Shown piece after piece: positions 22,281 through 35,619 of a stretch of 64,000 nt of DNA (within the stretch, counting starts at the first letter, position 1; every line of letters starts with the position of its first letter). Location of the stretch: the NCBI GenBank assembly GCA_002269645.1, contig NIVC01001802.1, positions 12,088-76,087 on the forward strand. The letters are read 5' to 3'. The DNA is from Macrostomum lignano. Its lineage: Eukaryota. The position numbers were made by a program, and so were the translations under genes. Under the pieces are notes generated by a model. The model ran no database searches. It worked only from the letters and a program-made list of their open reading frames with translations, and was not told the origin of the DNA.

Positions 22281-25200
22281 TCAATGCTGTGGGAAGATCT
22301 CACGGATTAGGGGCAGCACCTGGGGCCGCTCCTTGGTTACCTGAAGGCACGCGTCAATACCCTGTCTCTGACGCTCAGTCAGCGGGTCACTGTGGTACAC
22401 CGTCACCCACGGGCTGCCTGCAGTAAGGAAATTGTTCATTGAGTTTGGTCATAAAGGGAAGTGCAAGACGTGCAGAATTACCATCTTGATTGTTAAAGTA
22501 AATTTATTTATTTACGATTTTCGATTTACGATTTAGAAATTTAACGATTCTAAAGGTACATTTATTGTTGTGAAAGTACATTCTAGAATGTAAAAGTACA
22601 TTATCGATTGTGAAAGTACATTATCGATTGTGAAAGTACATTCTCGATTGTGAAAAAAGTACAGTCTCGATTGTGAAAGTATATTCTCGATTGCGAAAGT
22701 ACATTCTCGATTGTGAAAGTACATTCTCGATTGTGAAAGTACATTCTCGATTGTGAAAGTACATTCTCGATTGTGAAAAAAGTACAGTCTCGATTGTGAA
22801 AGTATATTCTCGATTGCGAAAGTACATTCTCGATTGTGAAAGTACATTCTCGATTGTGAAAGTACATTCTCGATTTCAAAATTTACTCGCACTTCCCGAA
22901 GTATTTTTTTTAAAAATTAGAAAAATTCTTCGTAAATTGATTCAGCGGCTTTAATGAAATTGATTTTTACCTACACTGACTCGGTCTAAAATTTGGAAGC
23001 TTCCTACTACAGTTTAGCTCAGACAAAAACGTACCCTGTTTAACAGCGTCACCCTTGACAACCAGCAGCTCGAGTCCGGTTGAATGATCCAGCTTGCCAC
23101 CGAGACGCTCCGGCCTGCTGAGCTGATGGCAGATCTTGGCCAGAGACAGGGCGTCAATGTCCGACACGAAACCTGCAATCAAAGGGCATTCGTAGCATGT
23201 AGCATTTATCCTAGCATGTGGTTATGAGGCAGAGTGCCTCAGCGGTAAACGCGTCTTACTCCTGAATCACGACGACTCACAGTCATGGCCTCCCATGCCG
23301 CTGTTCACCCTGTGTGAGCGTGTGCCGTCATAAGGCATGAATGCTTTTGCCTCTTCGAGTTCTGAATGTTGTTTCATTTGTGGTATCAAGTTATTTTGCC
23401 TTTAAAGTCCACCTTGTGAACACCAATAACTCTTGTAGTAGGCTTCATTCGAAAGCAATCCTACGAACTATATGTAGGGCCTCCTGGGGTGAACTTAGTA
23501 AACAATGTCTTTGGTGATTAAAATTCATTTGAAGGAGCCTTGAGCGTGCATGAGCATGAAGTGACTCGTTTTAGCATCAAGAGTGTAGCCAGGATCTATC
23601 ACTGGGGAGGGGAAAGGCGCCATTATAAATTTGAGGTGGCGCTACACCTTTTGGCGACATCGTCCCGCAACGATTTTTTTTTATTAGAGGCAGGGGGGTT
23701 GTGTGCACCCTGGCGCACTTTAGGCGACATTGTCACACAACCGGCGAGAGGCATTACTGCCCATTCCGCCGACTCCCCTGAGCAGGCATGCAAGCGCGCG
23801 GATACGTTACGCAGACACACACTCACACAGGAGTGTACAGCGGCCCTAACTTTATCAATTGTTAGGCATGTACACTTCACTGCGCCTTGGGGGGTGGCTC
23901 TCAAGGCCGTTAATTGCACAAGCGAGCCAAGCCGAAATCCCAATTCAGCCCCAAATTAATGTGGCTGCACTTGGAATCGAGCCTGGGTCGCGGCACACCA
24001 GAGCAGCTGCGCTACCGCTGGGCTACGGCCCCCCTCCCGCAACGATTAGGTCATGACAATTCTGTCCATTCCGCCACCCCATGAGCACATAATGTACAAA
24101 GGCACGCGTTCATACACACGCTCACTAAGGGTGTACATCGGCTCTGACTTTCTAATCATCAGGCATGTTTTGTAGACTCTCTGCGCCTTGGGGCCGGCCT
24201 TCGTGACTGTGAAACCGCACAACAACCTCCAGGCCAATGATGGTCCAAAAGTCCTTAAGTTGTACTTTTACTATATATTTTACGGTTATCCTGATCACCA
24301 ACCTGTTGATGAACTACTCAAGGCGCAGCTGGATCACTCTTGACAAATTGCTAAACTTAGTGACTTAGCGGATTTGAGCTCCCCTGAGTACAATGCACTC
24401 ACCGGAAGCGGGACTGCTCAGCTGAGTAACAGACAGCGGCTCCCGGCCCATCCGGCTCAGGTACTCCTGCACGCTGAACTGGCCCGGCTCGCACAGATTG
24501 TCGGCCAGCGCCTCGGAGACGCCCTGGTTCACCAGGATGCGCCGCATCGCCTTCAGCGCCGAGCCGTCGCTCCAAGAGTTGCGCACCGCCGCAGCGCCGG
24601 CCTCGTCCGTTGCGACTTTGCCGGTCAGGCGCAGCAGGCAGCCGCTTTGGCGCGCCACCAGCTCGCGCAGGCCGGCCGAGGCCGCGTCGCCTCCATTCAG
24701 CACCTGCAGAGCTTCGGCCACCTCGACGGCGTTGCCGATGCAGCGGGCGAGCGGCCGCTCCATCTCGGTGATGAACACTATCACTTTCATGCCGTAGCCG
24801 CGTCCGGTTCGCTCCTTGGGCGGTTGGATGAGAGAGTTATTTCAGTGTAAAACAGTTCATGCTCACAAGTGAACTGCCAAAGGGTAGGAAGTCTGTCCAC
24901 TGACAATTTTTTTGCGCCGTCACGGATGTCGAACGATCGTATTGTTAAAAAGATTTGAGGTTAACTTTTTGGCAAGCATATTAGTTGCCATCAGTCGTTC
25001 AGGCTGCAAATGGACGAGAACTTCAACAGACTCAAAATCGTTGCTCAAAGGCACACCTTTTGGGAGGAATCGTTGACGACCTTGTGCAGCCTTACTAATG
25101 AGAGACAAAATCCGCAGTGCAATTATTGTACGTGTTCCACCCAAACTACATGTAACGATTGACGCAAATATGATCTCACAATGGACTCGGCCAGGATCTG

Positions 25201-26175
25201 AGCCTCCTCAAAAGTGGTCATGAAGGCGGCGCGGCCGAACTTCACGTCCATCACCAGGGCGGAGATGCCCTCGGCGGCCTTCTTGCTCAGGATTGAGCTG
25301 GTGATGAGCGGCACGGACCGGATGGTGGCGGTCTCCGACCTGGCCGCGTACAGCACGCGGTCGGCGGGCACCATCGCCTCGGTCTGGCCGGCGATGAAGC
25401 CACCAACGTCCGACATGACGGCGCCGCGCATCTGCTCGGCTGTCAGGCTGGCGTTGAAGCCGGGAATCGACTCCATCTTGTCGATGGTGCCACCAGTATG
25501 GCCGAGCGACCGGCCGGAGATCATCGGCAGCTTGAGGCCGAGGGCGGTCAGTGATGCCACCATCGGTGGGCTGACCATGTCGCCGACGCCTCCGGTGCTG
25601 TGCTTGTCCACCACCTGCCGGGGGCATTCAAATTGGCAGGTAGCGTGTTAGCGGAGTAAAAATAATGTAACTCTATAGTCATAATTCATGTCCATTCAAA
25701 ATCACCGGAACGGAACCCCTAAGTTTAAAAGAAATATTTTAATTTTATATCAATTTTACAATCGTCCTATCGTTTTGTTTTACAAGCGTATTTCGCATTT
25801 GGTGAACAAGAATGAATATGAGGAGTACATGTAGCTACCATAAATAACAGAAAGCGCAATTGAGCTTTTGGACTGCAGTGATTTTCATACACTCGAGTAG
25901 TTCAGGGTCAGAACATCAGACAGAAAACGCACCAATGGTCTCAGGCTGTCAGGCCAGGACAGAGTCTCCCCCGAAGCAGTCATGGCCGAGGTGAGTTGAA
26001 CAATCTCCTCCGCGTCCATGCCTTTGGTGAAGATGAGCATGAGCACTGCTCCGATTTGCTGTCCGGAGAGCCGGCCTGAGCTCACCAGCCGCACAAGCAG
26101 CTTCACGTCCTCTTCACTCCATCGCTCTCCGCTCAGCTTCTTCTCAAGCAGTTCGCTGAAATCCAACAATAGCAT
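22281..26175 (-). CDS. TYMP: Thymidine phosphorylase, ~454 aa
   Basis: Exons complement(25933..26175, 25180..25614, 24403..24814, 23035..23172, 22281..22417) total 1365 nt with consistent phases. Signature motifs [70 protein letters not shown]. Confidence 0.95.
22545..22875. repeat. ~20-bp minisatellite (ctcgattgtgaaagtacatt)
   Basis: Tandem array inside the last TYMP intron. Confidence 0.9.
23674..24034 (-). mobile_element. tRNA-derived SINE, family B, copy 2
   Basis: Reverse complement of 17389-17752 at high identity, with a 13-bp TSD tcccgcaacgatt (23663-23675, 24035-24047). It lies in TYMP intron 3. Confidence 0.85.
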
Positions 26176-26934
26176 GCTGTCTGTGGGGGTTAATTCAGGT
26201 TACTCTGCAAGGATTCTCAGTTAGTCAAGGCGTGTGTGGTTCGCTTATCTCTCGCTGCCATTAACTTAAAAATGTAAGCTCTTTATCGCTAATACACACA
26301 CGTGACAAACGAGTTGGCTTCCTGCTGTGCCTTGCGTCCCTGACTCCAAAATATATTTTAGAGCCGTCTGGCAAAACCTACAGCACATGTGCATGCATTT
26401 AACTGTATAAAATACGAGCTTATTATAGTTTTGAGTAGCGCTTGCACTACGGACTGAAGTTGCTTGGTTTGTGTCAAAAAGGCATCTGTCTGCCGTAGTG
26501 TAGCAGTGTAGAAAATGAGGTTCTACCTTTAAGAGAATATTACAATAGATTGACTAGGTATTCAGTGAATAGCGTATACTAAGGTACATTCTAGCTATAG
26601 TGTATTGTAGCACCCGGTACTTTAAGTCATAATTTGCGAATCTAAATTTAGAAGTGAGCTCGCCCCTAGACGTATCTGCTGTGTGTACGATCGTACATAA
26701 TATAAAGTAGCATTTTATTAAACAATGGATCGAGCCTTACTATAAACAAGCAGTTTAATTATCAGTGGTTGAATCTGAATGAATCAAGCCATCAAAGACA
26801 TGCCCTTATTGCCTAAAAGCCAAAAAGTTCTGTAGGGCAGCCATTTTTAGAATTTGCGCCCAGTTAATCCTTTCTACAGCATATTTTACTTGTAAATGTA
26901 TTTGCTGACAACAATAAGAGATAGACAATGGAGA

Positions 26935-27240
26935 AGATGAAAAGCGACTGATAGCTTTCGAGATGAAGGCCTACAGGATGAAAGCCTGAGCATTTTCTGG
27001 AAACAGAAGAGGACTAACGACTGGATTAAAAAGGAATTAACAAATAACTGATCAATAGAAGGAAATATCGCTTCTTTAGGAATGTTGCGAGAAGTGGAGC
27101 GTCGAAGACTGAAGTGAAGAAGTGGTGAGAGGATGGTGCAGCTGAGCAGGATGGCCTTACATGTAGATCGGAGGCTGGAGAGTCGCTGTCGAGAGATTGG
27201 TGCACAAAGGGCCATAATGGCTACGGAATTGATGACGACA
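26935..27240 (+). mobile_element. Degenerate 3' fragment of an RTE-like non-LTR retrotransposon
   Basis: A frameshifted translation reads EKRLIAFEMKAYR...LSIFWKQKRTNDWIKKEL, which resembles the RTE ORF C-terminal motif (E.RL.AFEM..YRR.L.I.W....TN). Confidence 0.6.
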
Positions 27241-27344
27241 TTTCCATGTTTGTCTGATCTGTTGAGATCTTTCATTTCAGGTTTGCACAGCTGTGAAAAA
27301 AGTTAACTGTGCGCCCAAGTTTTCAAATTAGCTGCATTAAAATA

Positions 27345-27548
27345 GACAGTGACAATTAGGCCATTGACAGTGACAATTAGGCCATAGACAGTGACAATTA
27401 GGCCATAGAGTCATAGATAGTGGCATTTAGACCATAGACAGTGACAATTAGACCATAGACAGTGACAATTAGGCCATAGACAGTGGCATTTAGACCATAG
27501 ACAGTGGCATTTAGACCATAGACAGTGACACTTAGACCATAGACAGTG
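27345..27548. repeat. 21-bp minisatellite (aattaggccatagacagtgac)
   Basis: About 10 tandem units. Confidence 0.9.
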
Positions 27549-28574
27549 AAAAGTAAGTCTTCGATCGCCCCACCCTCTCTCACTAAGGATTCAACTGTTT
27601 ACTCCTAGGCTCCAATGACTTAGAAAATGCAATAGAACCAGCGTACAGCCCCGACTAAAATGAAATGTTTATGCTGCTGTTGAACTGCTATCTGTAACAT
27701 TACTAGCCAGGATCTGTCTGAATAATGCCAAATCGAAAAGATTAGTATAAAATTTACAGTTTTACTTGTCATTTATCGTACCAAATGTATATATTGCTTG
27801 TTTAGCTAACAGATAAAATTTACTAGTAGCTTGTAAGCCTACACCAAAACGAACCAGTGACAGGTTTATCTTAACCTTTGCACTCGTACAAACTGGTCTG
27901 ATTAAAACCGAAGTACCTAGTAAGCACGGTTGAGCTTACAAAGACAAAGTTCCCTATTATTGAACATTGTGCATAATAGGAAACTCTATAGTCCCAGATA
28001 TGAGCTAGCAATGAGACCATTTTAAAGTACATTTTGAAACTAAATTGAAAGTTTAACAATAGCCATTTGCAATTCAGGTGGAAAGTCAAATTCAGATTTA
28101 AAAGTACAAACAATACCACACAAGGAGCGAGATTTATTTGAAAATTGAAACACAATTTTACAAGCAACTATTTATAGTCAATTTGGCAAATATTGAAGCA
28201 AAACACAAGCAGACAGATAGATATAGCGAGTAGCGGTGCCAAATATAACGAAGCAGAAAAAAAACAGCGCCAGGTAATTGAAGCTAACGACTTATTCAAC
28301 AATTAACTAGATTCTTTATAATTGCTAAAACATTTAACTGATACAGGTATAAATAATATTAACATTGTACAGTGAGATTAGGGACTATTCAAACAAACTG
28401 CAAATGTTCAATTGATTCATTGTGCTCAAGTGCGCATAGGTGAGATTTTGTTTGTCAAAGCAACATTGCAGAATGAATTAAATTAAATATTGTCATGTAC
28501 TTTACTTAGCCTTTACCCCTTGCCTATCCTTCTTGTGCTTTGCTAGCGGAAAATCTCAGTAAGTATTCACCGTT

Positions 28575-29425
28575 GCCATAGACAGCACTCTCCACATTCT
28601 CCCACTGCCATAGACAGCACTCTCCATATTCTCCCACTGCCATAGACAGCACTCTCCACATTCTCCCACTGCCATAGACAGCACTCTCCACATTCTCCCA
28701 CTGCCATAGACAGCACTCTCTACATTCTCCCACTGCCATAGACAGCACTCTCCATATTCTCCCACTGCCATAGACAGCACTCTCCACATTCTCCCACTGC
28801 CATAGACAGCACTCCATATTCTCCCACTGCCATAGACAGCACTCTCCATATTCTCCCACTGCCATAGACAGCACTCTCTACATTCTCCCACTGCCATAGA
28901 CAGCACTCTCCACATTCTCCCACTGCCATAGACAGCACTCTCCACATTCTCCCACTGCCATAGACAGCACTCTCCATAATTCTCCCACTGCCATAGACAG
29001 CACTCTCCACATTCTCCCGTTGCCATAGACAGCACTCTCTACATTCTCCCACTGCCATAGACAGCACTCTCCATATTCTCCCGCTGCCATAGACAGCACT
29101 CTCCACATTCTCCCGTTGCCATAGACAGCACTCTCTACATTCTCCCACTGCCATAGACAGCACTTTCCATAATTCTCCCACTGCCATAGACAGCACTCTC
29201 CACATTCTCCCACTGCCATAGACAGCACTCTCCATATTCTCCCACTGCCATAGACAGCACTCTCCATATTCTCCCGCTGCCATAGACAGCACTCTCCACA
29301 TTCTCCCACTGCCATAGACAGCACTCTCCATAATTCTCCCACTGCCATAGACAGCACTTTCCATATTCTCCCACTGCCATAGACAGCACTCTCCATAATT
29401 CTCCCACTGCCATAGACAGCACTCT
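28575..29425. repeat. 32-bp minisatellite (gccatagacagcactctccacattctcccact)
   Basis: About 26 tandem units with small variants. It generates the spurious repetitive ORFs at 28524-29457. Confidence 0.95.
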
Positions 29426-29904
29426 TGATAATTGTGTTTATAACTGCTTGTTTCCATCTCTATTTAAACCTATCAGGGACTTCTCCGCAAAAAAATTTGC
29501 AAGCCCTTAAACAGCTATTTGTGTTCTCGGTCGGACTTTCTTTATGCTCTTAAATCGACCCCAGAAGGCACCATTAAGCACGGAGGGTTAACAGAGTGAA
29601 TAAATACAGAATTTCAAATCCATAAAACTAATACCAATGCGGACTTGGCATGATTAAGCAGAATTGACTGCTTTTGTACCGTACATTCGTTGCAGCTTCA
29701 ATAGGGCAATCAAAATTCAAAATGTTGTAATACAAACAATAAATATGCAAATACAGCGAAACATTCCACTAAACTGAATTCAACTTAGTTTTGTACAGTA
29801 TTAAGGCGTTGCATTAATTTATCTGGACAATGTAGCTTTTATAAAGTAAGTCCTCCGACTAAAACTACCTGTTTAACCGGACAGGTAGGTCAACTGACAA
29901 GTAA

Positions 29905-30572
29905 ATGACACCTGACAAGTACATAATGACACCTGACAAGTACATAATGACACCTGACAGGTACATAATGACACCTGACAAGTACATAATGACACCTGAC
30001 AAGTACATAATGACACCTGACAAGTACATAATGACACCTGACAAGTACATAATGACACCTGACAAGTACACAATGACACCTGACAAGTACATAATGACAC
30101 CTGACAAGTACATAATGACACCTGACAAGTACATAATGACACCTGACAAGTACATAATGACACCTGACAAGTACATAATGACACCTGACAAGTACATAAT
30201 GACACCTGACAAGTACATAATGACACCTGACAAGTACATAATGACACCTGACAAGTACATAATGACACCTGACAAGTACATAATGACACCTGACAAGTAC
30301 ATAATGACACCTGACAAGTACATAATGACACCTGACAGGTACATAATGACACCTGAAAAGTACATAATGACACCTGACAGGACGACAGGTACATAATGAC
30401 ACCTGACAGGACGACAGGTACATAATGACACCTGACAAGTACATAATGACACCTGACAAGTATAAAATTACACTCGACAAGTACATAATGACACCTGACA
30501 AGTATAAAATTACACTCGACAAGTACATAATGACACTTGACAAGTACATCATGACACCTGACAAGTACATTA
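29905..30572. repeat. 21-bp minisatellite (atgacacctgacaagtacata)
   Basis: About 30 near-identical tandem units. Confidence 0.95.
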
Positions 30573-30720
30573 TGAAACACTTATTGACAGACTCATTACT
30601 ATTAATAGGAACCTGTCAAACCACACAGTCAAACACCAAGCTATTACAATGAAGCAAAACAAAAATGCTAACTATCATATATCATATCTTTACAACAGTT
30701 GCCACAGGCTGCCAGTCAAC

Positions 30721-33700
30721 TCAGACAGAGACAGCCCGCTTCGCCAGTCCCACTGACTCCAGCAGAGGCACCCCGCTGGGTACGGTCAGGTCAGCGGCGG
30801 CTTCCCCGACTGAGTCGGCAGCAGCAGCGGCGCCGGCTGCTCCAACGAGACCCAGCGAATCGGCCATCAGCTGCTGCCGCTTCTGGCTGCACTGGCGCTG
30901 CTGGCGAGAGCGGCGATGGCGCAGCAGGCGGGTGGGGCGGTGGCGAACACGGCGAATGAGGCGCACGGTTGACCCCGGCTGCTGCCAGCGAGAGGCGGCG
31001 GAGCCACCGCTGCGACTGCTGCTGACTCCGACAGAGAGGCGACAGCCAGAGGCTGCGTGCCTGTGGATGGGTTGGGTGCGTTGGGAGGCTGGTGATGATG
31101 AGCGATGGCTAAGGTAACTGGGGTTGAACATTGGGGTGTGCAATAGGCAGTTGCTGTGGCATTCAGTCATTCTGCCTATCAGACTATTTATTGCCACTGT
31201 GAGGGTATTTATTGTGTCTACAGGGGTACTTATTATGTCTATATGGGTATTATTTATTGTCTATATAGGTATTATTTATTATGTCTATATGGGTATTATT
31301 TATTGTGTCTATATGGGTATTTATTGTGTCTACATGGGTATTTATATTATGTCTATATGGGTATTTATTGTGTCTATGAGGGTATTTATAGTGTCTATAG
31401 GGGTATTTATTGTGTCTATAAGGGTATTTATTGTATCTATATAGGGTATTGATTGTGTCTATTGGGGTATCTATTGTGTCTATAGGGGTATTTATTGTGT
31501 CTATAGGGGTATCTATTGTGTCTATAGGGGTATCTATTGTGTCTATAAGGGTATGTATTGTGTCTATTGGGGTATTTTTGTGGCTATAGGAAGTTACTGT
31601 GTCTATAGGGGTATTTATTGTGTCTATAAGGGTATTTATTGTATCTATATAGGGTATTGATTGTGTCTATTGGGGTATCTATTGTGTCTATAAGGGTATG
31701 TATTGTGTCTATAGGGGTATTTATTGTATCTATTGGGGTATTTTTGTGGCTATAGGAAGTTACTGTGTCTATAGGGGTATTTATTGTGTCTATAGTTGCA
31801 TTTCTAGTGTCCATAGGGGTATTTAGTCAATCATAGGGGTATCCAGGCTGCCTATGGGTACCCAGACCCAGCAGATGTCCTCACATTGCCATGGCATCGC
31901 CATTCACAGTGGCGAAGCCGCAGAGGCAGTAGAGCGCAAACGCCGGATTGCTCAGGCCCGAGCCGACGCCGATATCGCCCAGAGCAGCAGGAGCCGCCGA
32001 GGTGGCAGCAGCAGTCGATGCCGCAGTGCGGTGGCGGCGCTCGTGCCTGGCGAAGGCCTCAACGCAGCAGGTAACATAGCGGCATGCAGGGCACAGGTGC
32101 TGGCGCTGGTAGTGGCCTGAGAATTATAATTCAAATACTGTTAATTAGCCAGCTTTTCTGTTGAGCAATAATGCTACTGCAAGTAGACAAAATGCATAAA
32201 AGTTAGTTGCCCATGGCTTTTTAGCAAATTTAACTACTTCAAGTAGGTTAAAAGCTTGTAGCTTTACGAAAAAAATAATAGATTACACCTGCCCGAATTG
32301 GGCCACATGTGCAACGGACAGCTCAGCCGCAGCTATTGCAAGGTACGGCTGTTCATTCCAAGGACTGGGGGTCGCCACACACACCTTCAATCACCTCAGC
32401 TAATGCTGGCACCAATTTTACAGCTGGGTGAACTGAAGCAATGTAGAGTTAAGTGTCTTGGTCAAGGACACAAATTGTTCTAGTGGGATCGGGAATCGAA
32501 CCCCCGACCTTTCAGTCGTGAGTCTGACGCTCCAACCACTGGACAAATCTGCCTTAAAAACTATTTTAAGAATTTTATCATCTAGACTAATACTACTTAT
32601 GACATGAGTAGGCAGCAAAGCTCGGCTTCGATAGCTCACCAGGCAGGCTCATAGGCTGCAGGCATTCCAGGCAGGTCTCCTGCCGCTTCACTTTGAATTT
32701 CAGCTGGGCCAGGCCGCATAGCCTGGAGGCTGGTGCAGCGTTCAGACTGCGGGTGCCCGCGGCTGCAGTCACCGCTGCAGAGGCTGCCGCTGCAGTCGCG
32801 CCAGACGGTACTGGGGACACCTCTGCCACGGTGAAGCATTTGCCAATGTGCGCCGAGTCCAGGTGCTGCTTCAGGCTTTGCCGGCTAAGAAAGTGCAGCT
32901 TGCACTTTGGACAGCCGTTTGAATTGGCGTTGCCATGGGGATCTGAGCAACTGTCCGCCAGGTGGGCTCGCAGATGAGAGTAGTAGGGGCTGAGAGACTG
33001 CGCGGCTGGGGAGCTGCCAGTGCCTGCGGAGGGATTAAAAGATTAGGATAAATATCCTATCTGAACACTATTGTGGGATAAATATCCCAACTGAATACTA
33101 CTGTGGGATAAATATCCCAACTGAATACTACTGTGGGATAAATATCCCAACTGAATACTACTGTGGGATAAATATCTTATCTGAATACTACTGTGAGATA
33201 AATATCCCAACTGAATACTACTGTGGGATAAATATCCCAATTGAATACTACTGTGGGATAAATATCCCAACTGAATACTACTGTGGGATAAATATCCCAA
33301 CTGAATACTACTGTGGGATAAATATCCCAACTGAATACTACTGTGGGATAAATATCCCAACTGAATACTACTGTGGGATAAATATCCCAACTGAATACTA
33401 CTGTGGGATAAATATCTTATCTGAATACTACTGTGAGATAAATATCCCAACTGAATACTACTGTGGGATAAATATCCCAATTGAATACTACTGTGTGATA
33501 AATATCCCAACTGAATACTACTGTGGGATAAATATCCCAACTGAATACTACTGTGGGATAAATATCCTAACTGAATACTACTGTGGGATAAATATCCTAA
33601 CTGAATACTACTATGAGATAAATATCCCAACTGAATACTATCATGAGATAAATATCCCCTGTACAGTAAAGTTCATAGGGAAATCATCACAGACAGAAGC

Positions 33701-34840
33701 TAAAAATGGAAGTATCCTAAAATGCATTAGTTCTGTAGATCGATAGAAAAAAACGCCAACCAAAAGTCACCAACCATTTGGAAACCGAAAAACCTTCAAG
33801 CAGAAGTAGCAGAGCAGCTCGCCGCTGCAGGCGTGGAAGGAGTAGAAATGCTGGATCAGATCAGCGTGGCTGGAGCTGCGGTGGGCGCACAGCTCGCACC
33901 GGTAGGGCATGTCCCTGGGCGGATGTGTGCCAGCCAGGTGGTCGGCCAGCTTCGAGTCCGTGTCGAAGTGCAGCTCGCAGATTCGACACACCAGCGCCGA
34001 TTCGTCCAGGCAGTCGGGGTGGGCGCGGCTGAGGTGCCGCTGCATGCGGGCGGGGGTTTGGAAGCTGCGCAGGCAGCGGTGACATCGCGTGTGCGCGGTG
34101 AGGTTGGCGCGGTGAATCCTGGCGCTGAGCAGGTGCTCAAGAATGTGCTTGGCGGCCGCATCGCTGCAAGGCATCTGGGCGGAGCAGACGCAGCAGTTGT
34201 AGGCAAACGGACCAGCGGCAGGTGGGGTGACCACAGTCTCCAGCGGGTCCAGCTCTCGGCAGTAGAAATACTCTGTGTAGTCAATGTAGTTGTTCTCATT
34301 CTCGATCACCGAGTCGTAGGTTGCGGCTGGAGGCAGCGGCTTCGTAGCTGCCGGGGCTGGCGGCGGGTAGGAGTGGCTGACCCGGCCGTTGGTTAGGAGG
34401 GCCTGCTTGACAATCGGAGACAACTGCTGTTGCTGCTGCGTCTGTTGCTGCGGCTGCTTCTGCACTCCAGACGGCGAGCCGCCCAGCCGCAGGGCGGAGC
34501 TGACGCACAGGCCGCCTGTGGACTTTCGTCCTCGCGGCGTCTCCTTGAATCGGCGCGATCTCGCTGCCGCCGCTGCTGCCGCTGTGCCAGCGCCGCCGCC
34601 TGTCACGGTGCAGTTGAGCGGCACGAAGCCGCCAAGCTTGACGCTTTGCAGACTGCCGGCATAGTTCTGCTGATGAGGCTGCTGAGGAGGCTGTGGCTGC
34701 TGAGGCATGGCAACTGCTGACCTGGCTTTCATTGCTCCAATTGAAGCCGTGACGAGAGCTCTTTGTTTTTGCCGCCGCCGCTCCTGCTGCTGCTGCTGTT
34801 CATCATCGTCTGAGTCAATCACAATGATGGACTCGTTCAT
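30721..34840 (-). CDS. ZNF280/POGZ-type multi-zinc-finger protein, ~689 aa
   Basis: Exons complement(33775..34840, 32640..33023, 31885..32116, 30721..31108) total 2070 nt with consistent phases. The finger series CHRCLRSFQTP, CRICELHF, H..RDMPYRCELCAHRSS, LLCYFCLKVF, CPKCKLHFL, CLEC, HLCPACRYVTCC, YCLCGF matches the order I recall for ZNF280/POGZ. The true start may be further upstream, and the last exon is less certain. Confidence 0.8.
31190..31825. repeat. Degenerate ~21-bp minisatellite (ttattgtgtctataggggtat)
   Basis: Fills intron 3 of the zinc-finger gene. Confidence 0.9.
32281..32553 (-). mobile_element. tRNA-derived CORE-type SINE, family A, copy 2
   Basis: Homologous to 94-380 (acagctcagccgcagctattgc, ttttacagctgggtgaactgaagcaatg, gttaagtgtcttg). 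It lies in intron 2 of the zinc-finger gene. Confidence 0.8.
33045..33657. repeat. 30-bp minisatellite (gataaatatcccaactgaatactactgtgg)
   Basis: About 20 tandem units filling intron 1 of the zinc-finger gene. Confidence 0.95.
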
Positions 34841-34996
34841 CAGTTGAGACGGCAGGAATTGTGGAAAAAATGAAATTAGAGAAATAAAGCCGATATGTAT
34901 CGAAAAATACATAACTGCGGGAATACAGCCAATACTGTATATATCAATAAGTATGAAACCAGAGAAATAAAGCCGATATGTATCGAAAATATGAAA

Positions 34997-35420
34997 ATAA
35001 GCCAAGGATTATTGCACTTGATAAGCCAAGGATTATTGCACTTGATAAGCCAAGGATTATTGCACTTGATAAGCCAAGGATTATTGCACTTGATGAGCCA
35101 AGGATTATTGCACTTGATAAGCCAAGGATTATTGCACTTGATAAGCCAAGGATTATTGCACTTGATAAACCAAGGATTACTGCGCTTGATAAGCCATGGA
35201 TTACTGCGCTTGATAAGCCATGGATTATTGCACTTGATAAGCCAAGGATTATTGCACTTGATAAGCCAAAGACTATTGCACTTGATAAACCAAGGATTAC
35301 TGCGCTTGATAAACCAAGGCTTACTGCCTTTGATAAACTAAAAATTATTGCACTTGTTAAGCCAAGGGCTATTGCACTTGATAAACCAAGGAATATTGCA
35401 CTAGATTAGAAAGGATTATT
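34997..35420. repeat. 24-bp minisatellite (gataagccaaggattattgcactt)
   Basis: About 17 units, decaying rightwards, just upstream of the zinc-finger ATG. Confidence 0.9.
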
Positions 35421-35619
35421 GCACTAGCCGAGAAGCTGATTATTGCGCTGTCTAAAAGAGATTATTTCGCTTGCTGAGATGTGGATTGTTGCACAACCTG
35501 AGAAAGCGATTATGGCATTAATCCTGCATTAATAGGTAACATTTGCACTTGCTACTTGCTATTTGGGAGGGGGGGGGGTACTGGCTACATGTATGGGATT
35601 CTTTCTATCCAGGGATGTT

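Noticed and set aside
28524-30652. Repetitive ORFs and CRISPR-like regular arrays
   Set aside because: These are head-to-tail minisatellites with no unique spacers, no cas genes, and a eukaryotic context. The same applies to the arrays at 3981, 22545, 33045, 34997 and 55290.
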